A stretch of DNA of 63,131 nucleotides, counting the filler, from Reclinomonas americana ATCC 50394 (Eukaryota), in assembly GCA_048213135.1 (NCBI GenBank). It is 5 parts of 3 records of this genome, joined end to end, with 100 filler letters (N's around TTAATTAATTAA, not from the genome) between each part and the next. Parts side by side here need not be neighbours in the genome. Positions count along the whole stretch, not along the records: positions 53,495 to 61,355 come from PS015104.1; positions 61,456 to 63,131 come from PS015109.1; 3 more parts are not named here. One strand, given 5' to 3'. A model generated the notes under the pieces. The model was not told the origin of the DNA and did no database searches. It saw only the letters and a list, made by a program, of their open reading frames with translations. Made by a program: the position numbers and the translations under genes. Below, one piece after another: positions 53,542 through 63,131 of the stretch. The number at the start of each line of letters is the position of its first letter. Positions within the stretch are counted from its first letter, which is position 1.

Positions 53542-54358
53542 ATCGGAAATGTAGATGACGTTGTTCCCAGCATCGTATGCAAGTCCAATTGGATTGTTGA
53601 AGCGGGCAGCCGTTCCTGGTACGCATCGATCAGCACGCAGGCAAAGGATGACACTGGGTTGCCCATAATCATAAACTCACCCGTAGCATCCGTGGATCCA
53701 GCGACGCCACTTGTTGAGCCAGCCACTGTCGTCACCGTCATCGCCACCGTGTCAATCGCGCGAATAGAGTTGTTCGCACGGTCGGCTGCAGAGGCACACC
53801 GAGCAGGAGGGGAGGATGAGGATGGGAGGAAGGGCATCTCTCTCTCGCTCACACAGCGCTCACCAACATACAGCGTGGATCCGACGAGCTGCATACTGTT
53901 GGGACCACCGAATCGTGCCGTTCCCGCACACGCACCATCGGCAGTGCCACTCACGCCCGTCGACCCACAAAAGGTCGTCACCGCACCGGCATAGGTCACT
54001 CGTCGAATGGTTTTGTTGATATACTCGCCCACATACACCACTTGGTTCGCGGCATCCACTGCGATGCCCACAGGCTGATTAAAGGAGGCAGCTGCGCCAG
54101 AGGCATTGGCACTCCCCGGCGCCCCATTGCCTGCTAGTGTGGTGACCACGGCTGCTGCGGTGACAGCGCGCACGGCGTGGTTTGTCAGCTGTGTGAGAGA
54201 GACAACACACAAGGGTCAGAGTCAGAAGAGCGTCAAGCTGTGATTCATGCACGCCACCACACACTCACATCGGCGACATACATCGTTCCCGTGGTTTGGT
54301 CGATGGCCAAATTGGCAACACTATGCCCGCGAGTGAGTGAGTGTGAAGAGAGAGAGAA

Positions 54359-54408
<50 letters not shown>

Positions 54409-54787
54409 GAGAGAGAGGAGGAGAGAGTACGTACGTACGTACGTCGTCGCCACCTCCTCGTGCGACACCGACGAACGACGCCGTGTGGTGCGACGACGAA
54501 CGGTAAGGTCGTACTGTGGTCGTCGTCGACGGTAGGTGTAGTCGGTCGGNNNNNNNNNNNNNNNNNNNNNNNNNNNNNNNNNNNNNNNNNNNNNNNNNNN
54601 NNNNNNNNNNNNNNNNNNNNNNNNNNNNNNNNNNNNNNNNNNNNNNNNNNNNNNNNNNNNNNNNNNNNNNNNNNNNNNNNNNNNNNNNNNNNNNNNNNNN
54701 NNNNNNNNNNNNNNNCGTACGTACGTACGTACGTACGTACGTACGTACGTACGTACGTACGACGACGTAGACGACGACGAGAGAGAG

Positions 54788-54858
<71 letters not shown>

Positions 54859-55619
54859 GAGAGAGAGGGGAGAGAGATACCCTTGGAACTTCGCTGCCAC
54901 TCCTGTGCCATCCGCAAAGCCGCATGTGGTGCCAGCAAAGGTGGTCACTGTGGCTGCAGGTGTGATGCGTCGAATGCGACAGTTGCTGCCATCATTATCA
55001 TCGCGCGAACGAGTGTGTGAGAAAGAAGCGATCAACAGACAGACTGCGCATAGTCGTCATGACACAACTTGTAATCGCCCACGTACACGTTGCCCACGGC
55101 GTCAAAGGTTAGTCCCTGTGAGGAGAGCACTCACACTCAGTGCATGGCAAGCGGCGCCCTCTGTCGACGTCACACACGCACCAATGGTGCATTGAATCGT
55201 GCACTCACACCCACGCCGTCGGTCGTTCCTGATGAGCCAGCCGTGCCCGCAAAGGTGGAGACAGTGGCAGAGGAGACGCCCAGAGTGACAGAGTATGGCG
55301 ACCACTCGAAGGAGTTGCTTATGCCGCCGGCGACATTGTTGGGATTGACCCATGCGTTGAGAGTGGCGGTCGTGCCAGTGATGTTGTTGGCAACGGCGGT
55401 GGTCACTGTCTGCGCGTCTGCGGAGGATGTTGTACATGAGTGCGTGTGCACGTATACGTAAGGGAGAGGGAGAAAGAGAGACACTTGGCGTAAGATCAGC
55501 GCACGGCCCGTACACACGCAACTCGCAGTGCCAGCGAGTAAGTTGACGAGCAAGGAGACGATTGCCGTAATGCACAGGAGTGTGCGGGCGACAGCGAGTC
55601 CGGTGCGCGAGTGAGGCAT
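53542..55619 (-). CDS. Secreted NHL-repeat (beta-propeller) protein; 3' end truncated at scaffold end
   Basis: Signal peptide exon 55619-55523. Repeated VTTFAG..G..DG.G.AARFN.P.G(L/I)..D..G.VYV(A/G)D..N..IRRI units span about 7 in-phase exons. Confidence 0.85.
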
Positions 55620-55688
55620 GTAACAACTCGCACAACAAAAAAGAAACGGTTAAAACTCCAATTCTGGCGCGAAAAATACAAACTTCAT

Positions 55689-56888
55689 TCATATCTTCAA
55701 CCCCGACGTGCAGTCGCCGCTCGTCGCACACGCGGTCATTGTGGATGTCGCCACCACGCCACTCTTCGGCACACACTGCTTGGTCGACGCCGCGAATGTC
55801 CACGAGCCGCACGCAGTCAACTGCGAGCACCACAGCGAACATGCTGGCGGTCCGGTTGTTGTTTTGATGGCCCACGTGAGGTCGCCACCAGGTCGATCTG
55901 CATACAAGCACCCAACGCATCAGCCACGATTCTCTCACTCTGCAACCCTGCGAGGACTCACCCGTGAACAACCACTATCCGACGCTGTAAAACACATCCA
56001 ATCATCGTCAGCATTTCCCACACATGCAGGTTACGCTAATACGTGAAGAGAAAGAGAGCTCGAGCGACAGAATCCGAACTTGATCTGCTCCTCACTCTTC
56101 CCACAGCTCTTCCCCTTCCCGCCACTCAAAGCCTGACCCTGGACTCGTGCATTGCTGCCCCTTGTTGCACGTGCACTCTTCACCAGTCCAGTAACCCACT
56201 CCGGATCCTCTCTCCTGTCATGAATATCGCTGCTGTGCTCCTAGGCCTCGCACTCAGAAGAAGAACAAGGGCAAGAAGGCAGCGGCGGCTCCGCAGCGGT
56301 GGAGGAGAGTGACGAGGATGACGTACGAGGAGGCGCCGGCCACTGCTGCTGCTGCTAGCGCTGGTGGTGGCAAGGAGAAGAAGAACAAGGGCAAAAAGGC
56401 AGCGGCGGCTCTAGTGGAGGAAAGCGATAAAGACTGACCTTGGGACTCTGGCATCGCTGCCTTGTCTCACTTTCAGCCCGTTCACTCCTCAACCTCACCC
56501 TCGCGATCGGTGCCTCTGCTTGTCTTCCCTTCATACTTTGCCCTCTACCTCTGCCCACTTTACATCCCTCCCCTTTCTTGCCACTCCCTGCTCACCTCCT
56601 GGTTCACAGTCTACCCTCCACACTCGAAAGAGTTGGTGGTGCCGCAGCGCCGTCGACAATGTTGTGATTGACCCACGAATTGAGCTCGAGAGTGACAGAC
56701 GTGCCAGCGATGTTGCTGGCGACAGCGGTGAGCACTGTCTGCGCGTCTGTGGAGGATAATGTACCATGCGTGCGCGCGTAAGGGAGAGAGAGAAAGAAAG
56801 ATGAAAGAAAACAGTCATTCGGAGACACGCAACTCGCAGTACCAACGAGCACGCAGAAAACGAGCACAACGCTCAACAATGCACGCAT
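55689..56888 (-). pseudogene. Decayed tandem paralog of the NHL gene: signal peptide + N-terminal exon + terminal PAN/apple-like exon
   Basis: First intron in the same position (TA|NAQTV). TAVASNIAGTSVTL..WVN matches TAVANNITGTTATL..WVN, then a frameshift before NSFE. In-frame TAG in the exon near 55965. Last exon 55897-55689 DRPGGDL..CSLWCSQLTACGSWTF..C.PK..TSG is PAN-like. Confidence 0.6.
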
Positions 56889-57240
56889 GGCACCCACTCG
56901 GGTGAACACGCGCGGAGAGTTGCCATCTCGCACAAAAAACCCAGATGGAAACGGCTAAAACTCCGGATTTGGCGCCAAATAAAGTTGGACGGATTCTTCG
57001 CGATTCCCAGCCCGCTTCTTCACTCGCAGCGCTTGTGCCTGCCTCATACACAGTGCCCTCGGCAGATGTGCTGCAGTCGTCAAACGTCCCCCGACTGTGT
57101 ACGGTTGGCGAAATGGCGTGCAAATTCGCCGGAGTCCCATTCCCGCCGAAAAGCGATTTTCTTCGCAGCACACACACACGCGCACTGATCAGAATCGCGC
57201 TTCACGGGAGAGCTTCCCTCACCGGCGCACGACAAAACGA

Positions 57241-60200
57241 ATGAGCGACGCAGCAGCAGCGAGCGCAAGTGACGAGCGAGATGGCCAGATGGCCACCTCA
57301 GGTTCAACCTCACACAAACACACACACTCGCACACACGCACGCACTCTGTCTCTCTCTCTGTCAGTTCTCGTTCTCTCACTCTCTCACACACTCACGCAC
57401 ACGCGCACGCCTGACGATTCGCTCACACTCACACTCACACACACAGCGTCACCGACTTCATCCTCGACAGGCTCCTCGGGAGTGCCTCCGCCTCCCGCGC
57501 AATCGGCATCGGCGGCGGGTGCGGCGAGCACTGTACCAGCGACGGTTGTTGTCGCGGCGCAGTCGATTCATCATCCTCGTTGTCATCATCATCATCGTCG
57601 CAATTGGCAGTCGGGGGAGCAGAGGTGACGGGGGAGAAGGCATCTGCTGGTGGTGGGACAGGAGTGTCCTCTACGGCGGCAGCAGCAGCAGCTGCGGGAA
57701 GCGGTGCGAGTGGAGTCGCGACGGGCGNNNNNNNNNNNNNNNNNNNNNNNNNNNNNNNNNNNNNNNNNNNNNNNNNNNNNNNNNNNNNNNNNNNNNNNNN
57801 NNNNNNNNNNNNNNNNNNNNNNNNNNNNNNNNNNNNNNNNNNNNNNNNNNNNNNNNNNNNNNNNNNNNNNNNNNNNNNNNNNNNNNNNNNNNNNNNNNNN
57901 NNNNNNNNNNNNNNNNNNNNNNNNNNNNNNNNNNNNNNNNNNNNNNNNNNNNNNNNNNNNNNNNNNNNNNNNNNNNNNNNNNNNNNNNNNNNNNNNNNNN
58001 NNNNNNNNNNNNNNNNNNNNNNNNNNNNNNNNNNNNNNNNNNNNNNNNNNNNNNNNNNNNNNNNNNNNNNAAGTTGGGTGGAATGAGAGATTGAGGAGAG
58101 GGAGAGAGAGAGAGAAGGGGAAGGGTAAGGGAGAGCCTCGTGTGGCGCACAGGCTCTGACAGAGGAAGACGCTCTCCATCTCCGCTAGTTTCTCGTGTTG
58201 TGAGCGAGAAAAAACTCATGGGGACGCACGAAAACGCTCTCCATCTCCTCTCGATTCTCGCGCACAGAGAGAGAGAGAGAGAGAGAAAAGAGAGGGTGTA
58301 AACAGGAGTTCATGGGGCGCTCGTACGCTTCTGTAACGTCGCTCTCAGTCTCCGCTCACTTCTCGCGCTGAGAGAGAGAGGCAGAGAATGGTAGCACAAG
58401 AAAGTGACATACTGCTGCTCACCTTTGCATTGAGAAGGAGCAGTGAGTGGGGGAGAGAGAGGTGGAGAATTGGTCACCGTTCAGGCTCTTGCCTCTCTCC
58501 ACCCTTGCTCGTTTGTTGTGTCGAGAGACAGTGGACGAGTGGGGAGGCAGAGAATAGCACCTCTCAGGCTCTTGTCCAGGCGGAGAAGGCCACTTTGCCG
58601 CTCCACCCGCGGTCGCTTGTTGCACAGGGTGGCAGAGGAGGGGAGAAGATAGAGACGCAGAATAGGAGCTCCATTGCGCATTGCAGTGCTTCTCCAGGAG
58701 AAGGTGGTCCATCACTCTTTACCATCGCGCTCGCAGAGAAAGACGGACTGAGAACAATAGTTCCTCAGCAGATATTCTCCATCGCGGCTCTCGGCGCTCG
58801 TTTCTGTGAGGGCCAACACACGTGGTCTCTCTTCTGTTTCTCGTTCCATGTTCTCTCTCTCGCTCAGCATGTTGCACACAGCTCAGCATGTTGCACACAA
58901 TGCTCATATATCATGACACCGCATTTTGACTTGGTGGACAGTGAGATGTGCTCAACTCACCTTCCTTCTCCCTTCGCGTCTAAGCATGTCCTTCTCCTTG
59001 ATTCTGTCATTCTACGACGATTTCTCTTGCTCGAGTCGTCTCATCGCTCTCCCGCACAGTTGGTCCCGCTGTCGACATTCCTCGAAAGGTTCCAGTATCT
59101 GGAGAAGGGTGGCCGTGAGAAATCCCCAGTGGTGTGCGTGGAGGGTGCGTCGGAGATCACTTGTCCACGAATTGCATGTTCGATATTGCATTTGACTGTA
59201 GACCTGTGCGCAGGCATTGTCGTTCGCAAGCGGTCAAATAATCGTTGCGCGTTGGTTGTGTTTCCTCCCTTGCATGGTTCCTCGTGTAGCTGACGAGTGG
59301 GTTGGTGTGTGAAACGCAGCGCGATTGCACTTTGTGGACATTGGAGGAGATGGTGCGTGATGACTGTACTATTTTTGTCTCGCTGATTCTCGTGCTCACT
59401 TCGATGTGCGCGGGCGCAGGAGTCGAGAAGTTCCAGCTGATGTGCGATCAAAGGTGGGAAAGAAGAGAGAGAAAGGGGAGAGAGGGGAAGGGTGGAAAAG
59501 GAGTGGGAAAAGGAGTGGGAAAATCCTGTTATCTCTGCGTTTGTGTTTCTGTCTCACTTTGCTTTCTCTCTCTCGAATTCCGACGTCCTTCTCGTTAGTG
59601 CATGTGCTATTTTCTCGATTAGCGAAAGGAATGAGGAGAAGGGGAAAGATAGATGAGGAGCAGTGCAGTGGAAAAGCTGATAGACGAGGGAGAATGCGAC
59701 ATGGGGATAGGAGGGAATGGAGGGCTCACTCTCCAGTGAACTGTCGTCTCTCCCGTGCTCCCCCTCTTTCCCCCTCTTTNNNNNNNNNNNNNNNNNNNNC
59801 CCTTCCCCTCCTCCCTTCCCCCCTTTCCCCCCCTTCCCCCCCTTTCCCCCCCTTCCCCCTCTTTCCCCCTCTATCCCCCTCTCTTACCCCCTCCGCTCAC
59901 CTCCCCTTGTCCATGCGCAGAGAATTCGACGGCCAGCTGGCCGACTTTGTGCAGTCGCTGCAAGTTGGAGATCACCTGCGAGTCGAGGGCGTGGCAGGTA
60001 CAGAGACCCCCCTTCTCCCATTACCCCCTCTCTCCCTCCTTCTCTCCTTCTCAATCTTCTCCCCCAACGACAGCCCGCACCATGGCCGGCGAGGTCTCCC
60101 TCGTACCCCACCGCGTCCTCCACCATCGACCGGCACCGGCCGACGCCAACGGCATCGGACACCTCGTGCAACAAAAGTCGCATCCGAACTACTCGCTGCC

Positions 60201-61355
60201 GCAGCCGACGATTTCGCTCTCCGAGTTCCGTGCAAGATACGAGAAGCTCGAGGCCGGAGTGGACTGCACGCAGCACAAGATGGAGGTGATTCAGGGTGTG
60301 GTCGTGCGCAAGCGCACACTGAATGCCCGCCTGCACTTTGTCGACGTTCACGGAGACGGCGTCGAAAAGTTCCAGTTGCTGTGCGACCAAAAGTGCGTTG
60401 CTGTTTTGTGGGCCCTGCGGGGCGGGGTGAGGGTGACACGTCTCTCATTGCACCACGCGCGCGCAGTGTGTACCGCGGCAACGTCTCCTTTGCCGTGTCG
60501 GCTCTGCGCTTCGGGTACATGGTGCACGTTCAGGGCTTCCCAATAATGAGTGGCTCTGGTGAGTTGAGTCTGGCGCCGATCAAGATCACGGTGATTGCCA
60601 CGAATGGATTGGTGAGTCTGGTAGTGCGAGGGAGGAGGCGTTCTGTTTGGTCACGTTCCCACCGCCTCCTTGTGTTGGCAGGGCGCACCGGTGTTCCCCG
60701 GTGGCCACGTGCCCAGCCACCTGCAGCCGACCATGAATCTCAGCGACTTCAAGGCGGCGTTCGACGACAAACTGCAAGCCAACGACCGCCTGAAAGGCGA
60801 AGTGCACCGTGTGGTGGGCATGGTGCGCCAGAAGAGATGTATCAACACTCGACTCTTTTTTGTGGACATTGCCAGCCTGTCACGCAATCAGACCGCCATG
60901 GTCGACAAGCTGCAGTTGATGGCGGATCAAAAGTGCGCACTCTCATCACCTTCCATTGTCTCTCTTCCCCGTTGTTTCTCAACACACCTCGCAGCGACTA
61001 CCCCGGCCAACTGCCCGACCTCATGGAGTCGATCGAGCCGGGCGATGTGGTGTTCGCTCAGGGCTACCCCGCCAAGTCGAACACGGGCGAGCTCAGTCTT
61101 GTACCGGCCTCCATTGTTATTTGCCCGAATCACACACGCCACGCGTCGCCGATGGTGCCGTCGGGAGTGGCCGCCACAGTACCTACGGGTGGCGTCCCGC
61201 TACCAGTCGGCGTCGCCTTGTCGCCGCGTCTGAATCACGCGGCAGGCGGCGCACCTCATCCGCACCCACATCACCACCACCCACACCCGCACCCTCATCA
61301 CCCTCACCCCCACATGCCGCATCCTCACGCACACCTGCCGGGCCAGCCACCAGCA
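57241..61355 (+). CDS. Protein with three tandem LysRS anticodon-binding-like OB folds, low-complexity N-terminus and His/Pro-rich tail; 3' end truncated
   Basis: Exons 59060-59144, 59214-59243, 59320-59352, 59420-59453, 59921-59997, 60074-60392, 60467-60611, 60682-60932 and 60995-61355 give three repeats of [SL.(E/D)F...Y/F..L..G...V.G.V..KR..N.RL(H/F)FVD....(E/D)K(F/L)QL..DQ......G....V/AQG.P..S..GELSL.P]. Linkage to the 57241 exons across the gap is inferred. Confidence 0.7.
58165..58380 (+). repeat. Three degenerate intronic tandem units (CGCTCTCCATCTCC..TTCTCG..GAGA..TCATGGGG)
   Basis: Copies near 58168, 58233 and 58339. Confidence 0.55.
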
Positions 61356-61399
61356 NNNNNNNNNNNNNNNNNNNNNNNNNNNNNNNNNNNNNNNNNNNN

Positions 61400-61411
61400 T
61401 TAATTAATTAA
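61400..61411. other. Artificial scaffold linker TTAATTAATTAA
   Basis: 12-mer between N runs. Confidence 0.95.
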
Positions 61412-61455
61412 NNNNNNNNNNNNNNNNNNNNNNNNNNNNNNNNNNNNNNNNNNNN

Positions 61456-63131
61456 GAGTGAGCGAGAGAGAGAGAGAGAGAATTCTTCTCGCAGTGTGCA
61501 TTGATCGCAGAAATGATTCCTTCTCTCCTCTGAGTGAACATTGCTCCGCGTGTGCATGTGTGTGTGCTTCTCGTTGATTTACCTGTGTGCGTGTGCGCTG
61601 CATTCTTAATGTGAATGATTCTCGCGCCCATCTGCGTCACATTCTCGCGCTCTCTGCTCTCTTTCTCTCTCTCATTTCCCTCCTCAACGTGTATGTATGC
61701 GTGTCATTGATTAGTGTGAGTGTACCGCATGTGTGACGTGGTTGATCAACACCCTCATCCGTTTTACATTTTCTCTCTCTCGCTCTCCTCTCTTCCTTCT
61801 TGGAGTGCTCATCATCTCGCGTGTGCTTGTTTGTCTGTGTGCCTTGTGCGAATCGCATCCGTGTGTGCGAATCACTCACATCGTCCTTTTCTTCCTCCGC
61901 TTCCCTCATCTCCCGTATTTCATGCGTACTTGCTGCTTATCCTCCTCGCATCCATTCTCATTCACTCACATTCTCCTCTCGTCCTGCTCTTTCCGCATGC
62001 GTGTGCCTCTTTCTCACTCTTTGCCTGTTGTCTTGCATTGTTTTCACATGTGTTCCCTGCCTTCATTCCCCATGTGTGTACCTCTCCATCCTGATCCTAC
62101 TCTCTCTTCCCCACCCACACAGACATCATTTGTTCATTGTCCCTCTCCACTCTCCTCTCTCTCTCTCTCCTTCTCTCTCTCGTACTCGCCCCTTCTTCTT
62201 CCCTCCCTTCGTCTTGCATCTCCGTCTCTGCGAATCACCATTGCCACACATGCTTGTCGCGTGAGCAGCTCTCTGTCAGGCTTGTTCTTGTAGGGTTCCC
62301 CCCTCTCTCACACTCCTCTCTCCGTCTCTTTTCACCTCATTTGTGATGCTGCCTGAACACGCACACGTGCTTCTCCTTCTCCACCCTCTCCTCTCTCCTC
62401 TCTCTCTCTTTCCTCCTCATCTTTTGTTTTCTTTCCTCCGTCATTTTCGAGTGCTTGCTGTCGAGTGTACGCATGTGTACGTGCCGTTGATTCGTCTCTT
62501 TCTGTATATCGCCTTCACCGTCTCCATCACCGTGCATATCGTGCTGACATCCTGTCCTTTTTTCCCTTCTCCTTCCCCTCTCATCCCTTCTATCTCCTCC
62601 TGAATCTTCCCCCCCCCCCTCTCTCTCCTAGCGTGAGAAAGCAGTCTTTTGTATCTCCCTCCATTTCCATCCGTTGCATTCTCCTTCCCGTCTTTCCCTT
62701 ATTGCCTCCCTTTCCCTGGTTATCGTCATCGACTCTCACCTCCTTGTTCTTGGGAGTGTGAGCGTCGTCTATGTGCGCGTATTCTTGCTCATTTTTTCGT
62801 GTTCTGTCATGTGTATCTCTGCATCCTCCATCGGTGTCTGATTGTCTCTCTTCTTCTCATCGCCGTCGCTCTCGTGCACTCATGCTTTCGTTTCTCTCGT
62901 TTCCGCTGCTCTCTGTTCGTCTCTCTTAGTCATCTCCGTGTTTCTCTCTTGTATCCACCCATCCATCCACACCCAGTGTTCCTTCTCCTTCACTCTCTTT
63001 TCCACCACAATATCTCTCTATCCACTTTTCTTGATCACATTTCATGGTGTGCGTTCTCACTTCAACGGCGTGCTTGGATGATGAGCGTGATACACGGGAA
63101 TTCAGAGAGAGAGAGAGAGAGAGAGAGAGCG
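61456..63131 (+). other. Pyrimidine-rich low-complexity non-coding (intron-like) sequence
   Basis: C/T-rich throughout; ORFs are L/S/P/F compositional artefacts. Confidence 0.6.

Noticed and set aside
54428-54780. Self-complementary (TACG)n repeat (RTYV/YVRT ORFs) flanking a gap
   Set aside because: TACG is the 454 pyrosequencing flow order. The run grades out of a (GA)n microsatellite at contig ends, typical of read dephasing, so it is probably an artefact.
57555-57570. Frameshift in low-complexity exon as programmed frameshifting
   Set aside because: There is no slippery site, and a dropped G in GCG GCA fits homopolymer undercalling.
1-63131. tRNA, rRNA, snRNA, transposase/RT genes or an alternative genetic code
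   Set aside because: None recognisable by eye. Reconstructed genes end in TAA/TGA and read with the standard code. A covariance-model search would be needed to exclude small RNAs.

Overview
Intron-rich eukaryotic (protist-like) draft genome sequence with GC-rich exons and (GA)n/(CT)n-rich introns. It has many N gaps, and four artificial N-TTAATTAATTAA-N linkers join five unrelated scaffold pieces. Genes reconstructed by hand-splicing are: a TPR-coiled coil-Pelle/RLK-like kinase-RING fusion, an Eaf7/MRGBP-like protein, a DDHD phospholipase, a BLTP3/UHRF1BP1-like lipid-transfer protein, a giant coiled-coil protein ending in a MAP65/Ase1/PRC1 domain, a Cys-rich protein, a second coiled-coil protein, an intronless HAD-like hydrolase, a secreted EGF-like protein, an RME-8/DNAJC13-like protein, an NHL-repeat secreted protein with a decayed tandem paralog, and a protein with three tandem lysyl-tRNA-synthetase anticodon-binding-like OB folds. 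The highlights are (1) a recurrent 1-nt-shifted splice-donor class (GTTGCGT/GTTGAGT/GTTTCGT), (2) the 3x LysRS-like OB-fold protein, (3) two consecutive 4-nt micro-exons in the kinase, (4) RME-8 lacking both J and GYF domains and (5) the giant MAP65-like protein. All family calls come from remembered motifs, not database searches. Several contigs look mis-oriented.
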